In this document: one piece after another, positions 1 to 12,166 of the stretch | How the letters are laid out: the number at the start of each line of letters is the position of its first letter | How positions within the stretch are numbered: the first letter of the stretch is position 1 | Assembly (NCBI GenBank): GCA_035084275.1 | Contig: CM068756.1 | Coordinates: forward strand, 1,550,001 to 1,614,000 | From: Hydrolagus colliei | Lineage: Eukaryota | Length of the DNA: 64,000 nt | Direction of reading: 5' to 3' | Program-made: the position numbers and the translations under genes | Notes under the pieces: model-generated | What the model was told of the DNA's origin: nothing | Seen by the model: only the letters and a program-made list of their open reading frames with translations | Database searches by the model: none

Positions 1-369
1 AGTGTACAAGGCAGAAGCTGATCTCCTGCAAGATTAGAGTTGACATGATACAGTAAAACAAAAAATTTCAAACTCTTTATCGACCATGTAAAAACACATG
101 TGGTTCAGAATCATCGAAGGCTCTCTCCCAGATGAAGGAAGGGCTTTGGGGATGGGTCAGGCACCGAGTAAATCATAAGAATTCCGGCACACAAGAAGGT
201 CATCTGACCCATACAGAGACAGCATTTGTCTATGCTGGTGCTATCTCCTCTTCTGGAGCCAGTTTTGATGTGAATTCTCGGCTCTTTCTCCAAATTATTT
301 CCTATTGTTTTCTAAAGTCGTCAGTTTCTATGTCTCTAATTTTTGGAATTCTCTCCCTTTACCTCGCGG

Positions 370-536
370 TCTCTTGTCCCCCCACCTTTCGTCTGTCTTC
401 GAAACCCACCTTAAAACCTATCTCAATGACTCTGAGGCACCTCACTGCCTGTCTTCCCATCCCATTTTTGTCAAGTGATCTGAAATGCTGTTTGATGCTA
501 AGCACAAAATTATATAAGTGCAAGTTGTTGCTGTTG
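370..536 (+). mobile_element. L2 LINE 3' end remnant
   Basis: TTCGAAACCCACCTTAAAACCTATCTC reads F-E-T-H-L-K-T-Y-L, matching the L2 ORF2 C-terminal F..LKT.L motif. It is followed by a pyrimidine-rich UTR and the tail TATATAAGTGCAAGTTGTTGCTGTTG. Boundaries are approximate. Confidence 0.6.
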
Positions 537-1117
537 AAAATGTTCCACTGTCCTTAATGGGTGACTGTTGGTTTGCCAGAATAAGATAGAACCTCAGTGT
601 TGAAACTTCCACTCCATGGAATGGAGCCAGGTTGGCCCATCATATCTATACCACAACTACATATTGGTCTAATTATTTTTAATTAGTCCCATGTCACAGC
701 TCTCCCACATCCCCCAAAGTTAACCATTGAGGTTAACTCTTACATTATTCATTTTTACAGACAATTGTTGGTGGAAGGGATATAATCACTTGGAATATAT
801 ATGTGTATCTATAAAAACATTCCAGCGCACATTTGCACAACTTAAATCAATTACACTTTTTTTTCCCCAATGCATAACCTTAAAGAAGTTCCATTAAAAT
901 ATCAAATAAAAACATTTCGCAAAAAAAATCCAGAATGCAGTCAACAATAAAGTACGCACCATAAAGTGGTAACCTCATAATCAAAAGTAATTAGTTACTC
1001 CTGATCCCTTCATCATTGCTGCCCCCAGGGCACTGTTCAAGGAGAAAATACACAACGGGACAAATACCAGAGCAGAGACTGTTTGCAGGGAAATAGTTGA
1101 AACTGCTGCAAGTAGGT

Positions 1118-1208
1118 GTCAGCCCAGCTCGGTTGGTAACACACTTGCCTCTAAGTCAGAAGGTTTCGAGTTCAAATCCCATGCCAGGACTTTGAACTCA
1201 CAGTCTAT
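1118..1208 (+). mobile_element. tRNA-derived SINE 5' head fragment (Deu-SINE/SacSINE1-like)
   Basis: A-box-like CAGCTCGGTTGG and B-box GAGTTCAAATCC. The stretch CTTGCCTCTAAGTCAGAAGGTT...GGACTTTGA resembles the heads of the copies at 38131 and 56531. The body is absent. Confidence 0.7.
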
Positions 1209-1240
1209 TAACTCCGTAGATAATTCGGATAAATGATACA

Positions 1241-1320
1241 CCTCTTGTAAAAAAAAATACCATTGTAATGGTGGTAGTACCATGGTAGTGCCATGGTTAT
1301 GGTTGTTTTTTTTACAAGGG
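1241..1320. mobile_element. 80-bp MITE (non-autonomous DNA transposon, CACTA/EnSpm-like)
   Basis: Terminal inverted repeats CC(T)CTTGTAAAAAAAAATACCA / TGGTTGTTTTTTTTACAAGGG, internal CCATGG repeats, and ACA on both flanks (3-bp TSD). Confidence 0.65.
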
Positions 1321-2584
1321 ACAGAACAGCAACTTGTATTTATATAGTACCATTCATATAAAATAACTCAATTAAAGCTTCCACGTTCATGAAGATGAAG
1401 GGTGGCACTGCTCAGAATTCAATGGGTGCAACTCATAACCAAATATTTTGGTGACCGACTAGCCTTTTGTATTGAATTCTAATGTCCTCTAAACAATCAT
1501 ATGCATGGAGGAGCCTTAAAGGGAAATATTTTAAACTGATAGGAAACAGCTTAATTTAATATAGAATACTTCACAACAATTATTCTGTGATACAATCCAG
1601 TTATATCTAATGGCTCGGTACAAAACAGAAAAAAGATGCTCATGGGAGACATGCACTTCAAGACTGTAGAAGATATTTACTTGAATCACACAAGAATTCT
1701 CCTATATCAGAACTTTACCAGGAATTATATTCTGTGTGTGGATTTCATGCACACAATCATAAGACAGCTTGTTAACCCATTTCAAAACTTGATTTTACCT
1801 TTTTTTAAAAAAACTTTCATCCCTGGTAAGCATGTGTATATATCGTGTCAGTGTAACAAGGGACTCACAAACAGGCCTCTCTGTCTCTCTCGGCATAGAT
1901 TTTGGATCTAGTAAAGCCTAATATTCTGACATTCCTGTCTGGATACACATGATGGATTTCATCTGTTTTCGACGAGACAGAGCTTTAGAAACCGCATCAT
2001 GCAGTTCCTAGTTGGGAGCCCAACTCATCCAAAGCCACCTTAAGGCATCCACAGGTTCTTCATAGACCTGCATTAAATCCACAGATCAATGCGATCAGCT
2101 GCGATAGGGTAGATGAAAGGCTGAGAAGCAAGGGATCCAGAAACAGGGTTAAAAAAACAAGGAAACTGTCTTGTTTAAACAGTTTAATATTAGAAGACTG
2201 GCAAAACGTAGCCTGGAGTACAAATGAAAGAGCACTGGAACCTCCAATTCTCTGTATTATTAAACTTTCACCTTCTGATAGAGGTCAAGAGAATGCTTTC
2301 AAGACCATTTCCTCTTTGGAATGCGTTTTTGTGTCACACCAAATGCTCGTGAACAATTTCAATGCACAGGAAGCAATACGGGCCCATTACTATGGCAACC
2401 CTGAACCCAACGTATTGCACAATGTTATATTTAAATATGAACCGTAGCCATCATCACATCCAGGTTACATTACGCCAACACTCTGCTCACCAGGCTACCT
2501 GCCTCTTCCCTTCACAAGCTGCAGACTATTCCACAACTGTGCAGCTCGTGTCCTTTCATGCACTAGGCTGCACGAGTCTATTGA

Positions 2585-2766
2585 ATTTGATCACTCAATC
2601 CATGACTTTGTGTGGGACACTGCGGTGAGCAATTGGTTGCTGCGTTTTGCCCACAAATATACAGTCAATTCACATTACAGTAAATTCTGTAAAGAGCTTT
2701 GAGATGTCTAGAAGACATGAAAAGCGCTATATCAAATGCATGAATTATTATTATTATTATTATTAT
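2585..2766 (+). mobile_element. Deu-domain SINE, 3' half with (ATT)n tail
   Basis: GTGGGACACTGCGGTGAGCAATTGGTTGCTGCGTTT (Deu domain), then GCTTTGAGATGTCTAGAAGACATGAAAAGCGCTATATCAAATGCA and (ATT)n. Aligns by eye with 54989-55306. Confidence 0.9.
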
Positions 2767-3542
2767 GGTCTTGCCCACCCTACTTCTTACTCCTCAAACC
2801 CTACCAAACCATCCGCTCCTTCCACTCAGCGACCCCTGACCTGCTTCCCCTACACCTAGACGAGACACAACGATCGCTCTCTTGTATCCCAATTAGTTTT
2901 TGATGGTTTTCCAATGGCACGGCTCAGCAGCTCAACCAGTGGTTCTGCTCCGCTCCAAAGCAGACGGGCATCATTTCAACTCTCAGGCTCGCCCATTCCT
3001 GCTATGTGCTTGCTGTGTCCCAGTTGGGTGCGCTCTCCACACTCTCATTCGCTTTGCAGAGTCGATGCTACGTTAAGGTGAAGGGTGAAGGCATCAGAGC
3101 CGAATGAAAGAGAAGCATTGACAACAGCTGTGGAGACCCTCAACCCAAGAGTGAGCCCACCCCTCTCCGCCTCCACCTCTCCCTCCCCCACCCCCACTCC
3201 CAGCTGGAAGGAGTTATGAGGTTAGAAAGAACCTGTGCCAGAGACAACAAAATAAAAGTTACATAGACTGTAAACATTAACATCACACGTCAGGGAATGA
3301 TCTGCACTCTCAGAAACAATAGCTGGAATAGTTTTAATGGCATTTGTTAAAACAATTTTATTTCAGAGCAAACCAAAGTTTACAGAGCCATTTAAGTACA
3401 TTTTTCATTACCTCTTTTTATGGGGGATGGTGGGGGAGGGGGTGCATCTTTGAGGTTGGGCAGTTATTGCGTCTGCTGCCAGTCCTCTGCTTAAATTGTT
3501 CCGTAGACACCCGCCACTTACCTTCTGCACCTGCCACTTTAC

Positions 3543-3604
3543 CTGGGATGTCCTCCCGACATCAAAAGCCCTCTACAAATGTAATTTTGTTGTTGTTTTC
3601 GTTG
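3543..3604 (+). mobile_element. L2-type 3' tail fragment, (TTG)n class
   Basis: TGGGATGTCCTCCCGACATCAAAAGCCCTCTACAAATGTAATTTTGTTGTTG. The same tail recurs near 6000, 7580, 41950 and 57060. Confidence 0.7.
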
Positions 3605-6600
3605 CGGTTGCACCTTGCTGGGTCACTTAAATGGTTTCTATCGTTAACTGCACAGCTGAGATCAGGAACTTGCTATGTAGTGAGTTTTGAGTTCAACAAC
3701 TCACTCTAAACCAACCCCCCACCACCACCTCCTTTTAACAATCCCTTGCAATGTCACTCCGCTCAAGAGGCTAGTCTAAATCCAGCTTGGACACATTTAC
3801 TCAGCCAGCTGTGCTTAAAGTTGTTTTATAGCACATAGATAGAACAGTGCTCCCAATGTCAAGCTGTGCAACATTACCGGATACTCTAACTGTATTTCTA
3901 ACTCTGAGGTCTCCAAGCATTGACTCTTGCTAACCTGCGACTAATACTCTCCGGGATTAGGTAAAAAGAGAGTGTGTACGTCCAGGGAGAGAATGCGCAT
4001 TCCATTCCAGACACTGGGAAGTTTTCATGTGTAGGTGGTATACATATGTGGGACTTAGTCTGGTTTGGATACTCTTAGGTATGGTGATTGTATCCAAGCA
4101 TGTCAGACACTTGGCTGACCCAAAAAAACAAGGATCAAGTTGCACTGAGCAGTTAGTTACATCACTGGGTTGCTCAACACCAAAGCAAATTAATACCCAT
4201 TTGCTAATATGTCTGAAATACTGCAATTTTTCACACTTTTGTGAATTGTGCAAGAGTTGTTGGAAGAAGAAAGCTCACAAATTGTCTTTGGAGTGTGGAA
4301 GCTGAGAGAGTGAATGGACAAATAGCAAACATCCAACTGCAACACATTAACATCGGAAAAAAAATCCCTGCAAACAAAGGAGCAATGGAGAAGCTAGTTT
4401 AAATAAACGTTGCTTTGCGTTTATTTAGCTTTGGGAAACATCAGTCTGCCTTTTTACCAATATGACCTTAGGTCTCCAACCACTACTTTAATTAATGAGT
4501 GTTGATCTTAATTTCCTGGACGTAGAGTAGAAATTAATTAATGGTCAAGATAAATGATTTTAACATGTAAATTGATCTGATGTATACATGCCTGTGACAC
4601 CGGTGATTGGTTGCTCTGGAAACTAATACATACAGTATATTCAACACCCTTCCTAATCCCTTTGCTTTTTTCCCCTAAAAAGTTCCATTACAAATTACGC
4701 TGTCACAACACTTTACAGGATGTCCTGGGAAACACAGTGAGATGTCCTCCTGATATTTTATTTTATCTACTGGTGTATATAATTTACAGGTATGCATTAA
4801 GCTGTACATTTAAAGTTGTGTATGAAGAATCTTTATGATGGTAAGGGAAAGCATGCCTTCATAATCGTGAAATAAGATTTTACATTCGCTCATAAAATCA
4901 ATGAAATTAGAGAGTTCACAATGTGGAAATTTAAAATACATCAGTTACAAACCAAATCAAATCGAATTAGCAATTACAAATGGGGCAGAGCCATTGTGCA
5001 GCTACCTTCACTGGTAATCAACAGCTTACAATTGGTAAAGGGATCAACCCCGAGCCATTATTGTCACCCTGATCCAGTGTTGTGCGTTACAAACGTTCAA
5101 AGTACTGTATGCTCACAAGACAATTTCTTAGTTAACAAATGTGTGTGCTTGCTTCACAAAGCATCCACGAATTGATACCGAAGCATTATATAATACTGTA
5201 GTTACAGAATGCACAAGGTTTAGATGACTTGCACCAATATTGGGGCTGTATTTTCACAACCCGTCAGTCCTCAGTTATATATTGCTGTGAACTGGAAAGA
5301 GGTGAAATCAGCGAAGGATATCAACATACTTGAGGAAGGACTGACCCGTAAAATAAATCGTCACTATTTTAATCATCAGAAAATTGACATATTTAGAGTT
5401 TCTTTATCCTTGGAATGTTCCTTATGTTTTTTTTGTACCTCCAGTCAAACGCATCATGCAATGACCTTGGGGCGGAATTCAGTCCCAAAATGTGAAACTC
5501 CGAACCAAAAGCAAATTAGTTTTTCTCCTTTTAGCATCGAAGACGATATCAACAGTGCGAGCCATAATCCCTGTCTACTGTTGACTGCTAAAAAAAAAAA
5601 TTGCTGTGAAAATTTATATGAATTCTTGTGCTCTACCATGACCCCTGGTCAACCTCTTTCATTATCATTTATTGGTGTTGGTGGTTTGATTGCAACTTCC
5701 TATGAGTGTGGCTCCAGTTAAAAACTGCCAGGGGTGCACTGAAAAGGTTACTGGACAATTACAGTGTGAGGCTACCAATGCATATTTGTTGAGGCACACA
5801 CTTAAGATGGATTGACCTCATTTGAGAGAGGTGAATTAATGCACCAAGTGCAATGTACATATGGATGTACAAAACAGGGTGTCACAACCAAGGTTGAAAC
5901 AAATATCAATTCAGTTTTGCTGAACAATAGCTTCTTATGTCTATAGATCTAATTAAGATTTGCAGAACATCATTTACAGCAATATACTCCACGGTGCAGT
6001 ACCTCCCGATGTGAAAGGCACTATACAAGTGTAATTTTGTTGTTGTTCATTTAAATACGTCTCACTTCAGAAATATTTTAATGACAGTGAAGCTTTTGTG
6101 CTAAAAATACAAGTTTATCAAGACTCCTAACACAATAAATACATTTTTACCGTGAACGAATAGAAAAATAGGTTACAAAAGTAATGACAAATTACTCAAC
6201 TCGTCTCTCTTGATAGCATTTTATTGGCAGAGCAATATTCGAATGCTTGATGAGCGCTCAACAAATGCTCAACGAAAGCATAAAGCTAATGATAGTCAAA
6301 ATTGCACCTTTTGCACTTGAAGTGTTTAGATTATTGCATTGTGCTATCTTTGACTGTGTGTTATAATATGACAAGCCATCACATCCACGTAGTTTTGAGG
6401 ATAAAAAGCACTGGTCATTGAAGAACTGCGATGATTTTCAGCTACCTACTTGCATACAGCATTTTGTAAGAGATAATTTTTTTTAAACTTATTTCAGTAG
6501 CTTTGAAGGGATGGTCTAAATCCAGCTATAAAATAGTCAGGATTGCAGAAAGGATGACGTCCCATTCAATCACATTATATTTCACAGCAGAGGTACCCCT

Positions 6601-7571
6601 TTAATAAAAATTATATTAGTTACAATATAATAATCCCCATGTTTCCTATAGTTGCTTTCACTTTGGGAGGATGTTTCAAAGTTCTTCACGGGATTTACAG
6701 TGAAGTGTGTGTTTTATGTGAGAACAAAGAGTGAAGCAGGTAAAGTACACTGGTCAGTTATTTCTGTTGCCTGTTTATTCTCCCGTTGATCTAGACAGCG
6801 GAATTACATTCATGCATTAAATAGCGTATTTTACAACCTTTCCTGCAAACCAATGAAGCCCATGTTGTCTCAGGCAATATGCCCTTTGGGCAAAAAAAAC
6901 GCGTCACTCAGCTGGTTGTAAAACTGATGAATTAAAACAGAATATCACAAATTACCGGTGTAAAAATCTCTGATATGCAATGTTTGCAGAATTTGTGTGT
7001 ACTAAAATTGGTCAAGAATCATGCTTCACTTTGTCCCTCAGAATTGCAACGCATTTCTTGCTCACAAAAATCTTCATTACATGGCATCCACCACCTTTTC
7101 CTCATTGAGCATTGATTGCCACTTGCACAGATTCATTCACTGATCAGCTCAGAGGTTCACTTGTATGGTAACAACAACAGCAACAATTTGCATTTATATA
7201 ACATGGTTCACGCGGGGCACTCTCGTAGTGCTTGAACCACATAAGCTTGAAATACGCTGTAGCATATATGAAAGATAATCAAACAGATTACCGAAGCATT
7301 AACATCTTTCAGCACAAATGGAAAATTGACTATCAATTCCTTTTTTTAAAAGAACAGGAATTCCCTTAAAACACTTGAGTTGAAATGGTTATGCACTAAA
7401 CTACAGATTTATTAAGGTGCAAAATTAATAAGCATAGGATGTGCACTATTTTCTGTATTGAGCAACCTGGGTGAAGAGTGATTCGAGAAAAATGGGATCA
7501 GTCAAGAAGTAGTGTTGAATTGTATTTAAGATAGAGAGAACACATGGAGACTAAGTAGTTCTATAGTCTTT

Positions 7572-7633
7572 CAGCGCCTTGGGACATCCTCTGACGTGAA
7601 AAGCACTCTATAAATGTAATTCTGTTGTTGTTG
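7572..7633 (+). mobile_element. L2-type 3' tail fragment, (TTG)n class
   Basis: CAGCGCCTTGGGACATCCTCTGACGTGAAAAGCACTCTATAAATGTAATTCTGTTGTTGTTG. Confidence 0.75.
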
Positions 7634-8060
7634 TGTCTTGATGTCCTGGTAAAGAATGGAATACACTTGCTGGCAATCCAATGAGTTTGGATTTCAACAT
7701 GGTGTAGATCGTCTGAAGGCCCATTGGATCAAAGTTTGGGAAGTGAGAGAAGCATTAAAAGGTCCAATAATATTCATAATATTAATGCAACAAAGATAAG
7801 ATAATAGTGATTAAAAGAGACAGAAGCTGGGAGGATAAAAGGTGAAAGAAAGGTGATCCATCAGGTGACAAGTCTTATCTTGCCTATGTCCAGTTGTGTG
7901 AGAGTGTTTCAGCAAAACCCTCTCAGATGTTTTCTGTGGCTCCTATACACTACACTCTCACAAACTGCATTATTGTTTCGCACTTGTATTGACATTGATA
8001 GAAATGGTTATCATTAATGTTGAGAGTGGAGAGATTGGACATGGTGTGTGCTTCTTTACT

Positions 8061-8103
8061 AAAGATTGACAAGACAACCTTGAAGGTTGTCTTGTCAATC
8101 TTT
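8061..8103. repeat. Perfect 43-bp palindrome (21-bp arms, 1-nt spacer)
   Basis: AAAGATTGACAAGACAACCTT-G-AAGGTTGTCTTGTCAATCTTT; the arms are exact reverse complements. Flanked by TACT on both sides. Confidence 0.95.
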
Positions 8104-8140
8104 TACTCTCTTTTACCCCCCCCCCCCACCCACTCCACTC

Positions 8141-8255
8141 AGTTCACCAGACAAATTTACAGAGAGTCAAGTCAGTTTACGATATATTCTGTGAAGCGCT
8201 TTGAGATGTCTCGACGACATGGTAACGCACAATATTAAATGAAATAATTATTATT
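8141..8255 (+). mobile_element. SINE 3' fragment, (ATT)n tail
   Basis: ATATATTCTGTGAAGCGCTTTGAGATGTCTCGACGACATG...TTATTATT. Confidence 0.8.
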
Positions 8256-9402
8256 TCATGTATAAGTTTCATGTCAAACAAAAACACATAACTGTACAGC
8301 TACAGATTTGATCTGCACTTCATTCCTATTGTGTGAACAGACGAGATGTAAAATACAAAGTTGGCAAGACCAAACGATTCGAACAACCGCAAATGTGAGT
8401 GAAAGCTGTATCGTAGAAGTAAGTTCTCTCATTTGAAATACAAATGTACAATCATCTAAGAAGCAGTTTATATATGGTTAAAAAAAAGAGTCCAGACTGT
8501 GACCAACAAAATAGCCCCTGAAGTAATGAGAGCTGATTTTGCTCCAATATTAAAGGGGGGAATATTGATGAGTAATAGAATTAAGAGTAAAGGTTATGAC
8601 TCCTGAAACAAAGGGGAGTGTCAGTGGCATACAAAGTAATCATATGAGAGATGGTGAGTTATCATGAGGTCACAGTGTCACAGTGTGAATAAGGACCAAT
8701 GTGTAGAGATGTGCCAGCATATATTAAATGAAAGTGGATGATAGACTCATGCTAATTTTCACCTTCGGGGCTGGAGGAGAGGGGGTGAGGGGAAATTGTT
8801 TATTGTAAACCATAAAACCTAATGGACTTTGTTGTGGGCCACAGCCTATTTGGGTTGAGAAGTCTCTTTAAATTCTCTGTCCATCCATTTCTCCATCAGA
8901 ATGAAAGGCAGCACGTTTGTGGTTCTGGATGCCTGAGGGTCAGTGAGGAAACATTCAGACATGAGTTGAGGCATGATTCAGAGCCCACATCTTGTCAATG
9001 TTTTTTTTAAATCCTCTCTAAACTTTGTTCATTGGCCAAAATAGTAGTGCTGCCAAAATAATTCTTGTGTCTAGGACAAGTGTTTCAAACACTTAACTCA
9101 TCGTTTCAGTGCAGATCAGAAACAATGTTAAGAACAATGTGACAAACAAGCAAGTTTGAGAGCTTGCAATGGCCCAACAGTGAGCCAGTGAATCAAGTGC
9201 TGTTCACATCTGCTGTGTTTACATTGCGAAGGGTGTGAATGTACTCCAGGGAACTGGAGGAGCCAGGGCAAGCATACACAGTGCATCACACCAATTTACA
9301 CTGAGAGCAGGGCAATTACAAGATTGTATCATCTTATTGAGGTTTACTCTGACTTATTCAATTTATACTTATTTAAAATGAGTTAATTAGAAAGATTTAC
9401 AA

Positions 9403-9530
9403 AGAATGTAGTGTAAGGAAATGGATCACTCGGCCCAACCAGCCCGTGCCATGTTTATACTCCACAATGGTCTTTATCCATACCTCCCACACTCTTATAT
9501 TTCCCCTCTCCCTCATGTGAAGGTCTAGCT
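9403..9530 (-). mobile_element. CR1 LINE 3' UTR remnant
   Basis: CACTCGGCCCAACCAGCCCGTGCC is the reverse complement of the CR1 3' motif GGCACGGGCTnGnTGGGCCGA seen in + orientation at 44612-44680. Degenerate. Confidence 0.55.
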
Positions 9531-11894
9531 ATCAAAACAATAATAATCCTTTCATTTCCCTTTCACATCAGAGAGACACCACAAAGTGCTTCACATGATT
9601 TACTGCAAAAGGGCAGTGACTTTGCATTATGTAAATCACTGGGTCTGGGGTACTTCATAGATCAAAACATTTCAACTGTACTAAATTAATGTAGCTCTAT
9701 AACAGTGCCAACCTGAGGTAAACTGGAGATACCCTACTCACCAAAGATCTGACTAATTACAAATAATTTCCAGACTTGTGTGTTTAGCCTCTGCTTTATT
9801 TAAGATGCCGAAAGTGAATGAGCGGGAAGATTTTGTTCTATTAAAATGCTATTATTGAAACTTGAGTTCTGGCAAACCAGAATTGGATCAAAATAGACAC
9901 GAAAACTTGATATAAACACCACTTCCGCTTCTTTGCCAAAAGTCATCTAAATTAAAAACAGTTTACACAAACTATGCATCAGTCGGATGAAAATGGAAGT
10001 GAAGAATTTAGTGGCTGATAAAATACTCAGCTCGGACAGCTCATGTCCACCATCAGAACGGCCCTTGCCACATAGAGGAGAGAGAGAAGACAGTAACTTG
10101 GATTTCAATTTGTCCATCACCAGTATAAACATGCGTTTGAATTAAATCCAACCACCATACTATACAATGTAATACAAATCACATTTGTAAAGTGCATTTC
10201 GCGTCAGGAGGAGACCAAGAGATGGACAGTCAGGGATCATAAAACACCCTCCTAAATATGGCCCACTGTTGGCTCCCATGAGTTCCTAAATGTCACTGTT
10301 AAGGAACTTTGCACTTCAAAATTATAACTCTGCATTATCGCCTTTTATCACATTTTCCACCCTGAGTCTGAGGCTTTTCACAGTAATATATGCACTGCAA
10401 CAAAGGTAGGTAGCAATCCCACAAGGTGGTAGGTAAAAAGGCAAAAAGGGAGTTAAGCGAGCTTTTATTTTTGTACCAGTGATTTACAATGTCATTGCGT
10501 GCGTCGACACTCGAACGTTGATCTCTTTTTGCCCCCCGCCCCCTCCCTCCCTCCCCCACAAACCCCAGTGAACGGTTCAGATGTGTTAAGGCACAAATGG
10601 TTTTAAGTCTAGAAGTGGGGAAGAAAAGCAAGTGGTGCTTTGCCAATGACTTTCCAAGACCACCAGCTCTGGCCACTCCGAGAATGATTATTGCCCTACA
10701 AGTTCCACACAAATGGCCAACAGCTCTTTAACTGCACTGATCTGTCTTGAGGCCGAGATAAGTGAGAAAGCACGGTCTAATAATGTATGTGAAGCAAAGC
10801 TACATGGACAAGTTACAAAAAAAGTTGTAAAAGGTATTTTTTTACATTAGAAAGAGAGAGAGAGAGAGACCATTATACACACATCCAGGTTGGTGTTTTC
10901 TAACTTAAAATACTATATGGATGCAAAATATCAACTTAAATACACACAAACGTATTATAAATTTGATACATCATTTAAATCTGTGACAGCATTTCTTTGC
11001 TGCTGTAATAAAAACAGCCATTTCTTTATTATCTAATCAATTCAAGCTTAATGTAGGCGAGCAGCCACAAGCTACAATCCCAGCTGCATCTGGTTTATGC
11101 TAAATGACCACATGTTGAAACTAACCCAGTGTTGACTGTTCGTAAGACTTTATGACTGTGATTTACACTGAGAGCAATGTGACCACAATGACTGATGTGC
11201 AGGCGCTGCCAAGAAAGATCCAGAATATTCTGTGTAACAAATATTGATGAATCTTACAGCCTTAATTAAAATCAAGCTACAGCTGGTATTCTCCTCTGAC
11301 TGTGTGTTACAAGCTTGGGCAGTCTGTTTTAAAGGCCTTTGTGCGTCTGTATCTTATTTTCTTTGTCTTGCAGCATTGTTCATTAATGATGGATATTTTT
11401 GTGCTTGCTTTAATGGAAAAAATCTGAACCTGTGACCAAGACTAGCATCATCTCTTTTCATTATGATTTCCATCAATAACATTCATAATTAATGAATTGC
11501 AGGTTCAGACTTGGCAGAATTAAGTTTATTCATGGCCCTTAATCAATATTATCTGACCATATGTGTTTCATTATTGATAGTGCAAAGCCAATCTTCATCC
11601 CTTTGGTTATGTTAGTGAAAGGCAGTTGACTATCTGCCCTTGTCCCATTGAAAGCTCCATGAACAGCTATACGGGTGTCAGATTTCACTAACCAGCTTTG
11701 ATTGCATCAGTATTCTTTACTGAGGTATTGGTAACAACTTTATGGGATGTAAGAAATCAGTTTATATGTTCTGCTATAAACAGCAGCATTTATTTGGCCT
11801 GTCCCCCCGTATGTTCAGTGAACCCCGCCCTGCTTTATATTCCCACCCGCCCCCGCCTCCCCCCGCCAGCCCAACCACCCCAACTTGATGGATG

Positions 11895-12166
11895 AGCTTT
11901 CAGTCATTTTGCCCCACACTTTGAAACTCCATCCCTTCAATTTACCCCTCTACCCTTCTCAAAGATGTAATAATCCTATTTATAAAGACGTATCTCTTTG
12001 ATCTTACTTTTCGTCATCTTTCTCCCTGTTCCCCCTAACCTCGTCAGCTCATCCCATACCACTCCCCACCACACCCCAATCTTCCTCAGCTCGGGTGCCC
12101 AGTCAGCTGTTTGAAGCTCTTTGAGACGTCCTTCCAATGTGAAAGGTGGACAGAAATGTGTATTGT
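11895..12166 (+). mobile_element. L2 LINE 3' end (degenerate ORF2 C-terminus, UTR and tail)
   Basis: GCCCCACACTTTGAAACTCCATCCCT resembles AP.LWNSIP and AAGACGTATCTCTTTGAT reads KTYLFD. Then a C-rich UTR with CAGCTCGGGT (shared with the 62680 copy) and the tail TTTGAGACGTCCTTCCAATGTGAAAGG. Confidence 0.7.

Noticed and set aside
1414-1480. 10-bp inverted repeat AGAATTCAAT/ATTGAATTCT
   Set aside because: Short, AT-rich and without a TSD; within chance expectation for this window.
5224-5721. 165-aa ORF containing QLYIAVNWKEV
   Set aside because: The short segment looks protein-like, but donor sites are weak, the rest runs through homopolymers, and no family is recognised.
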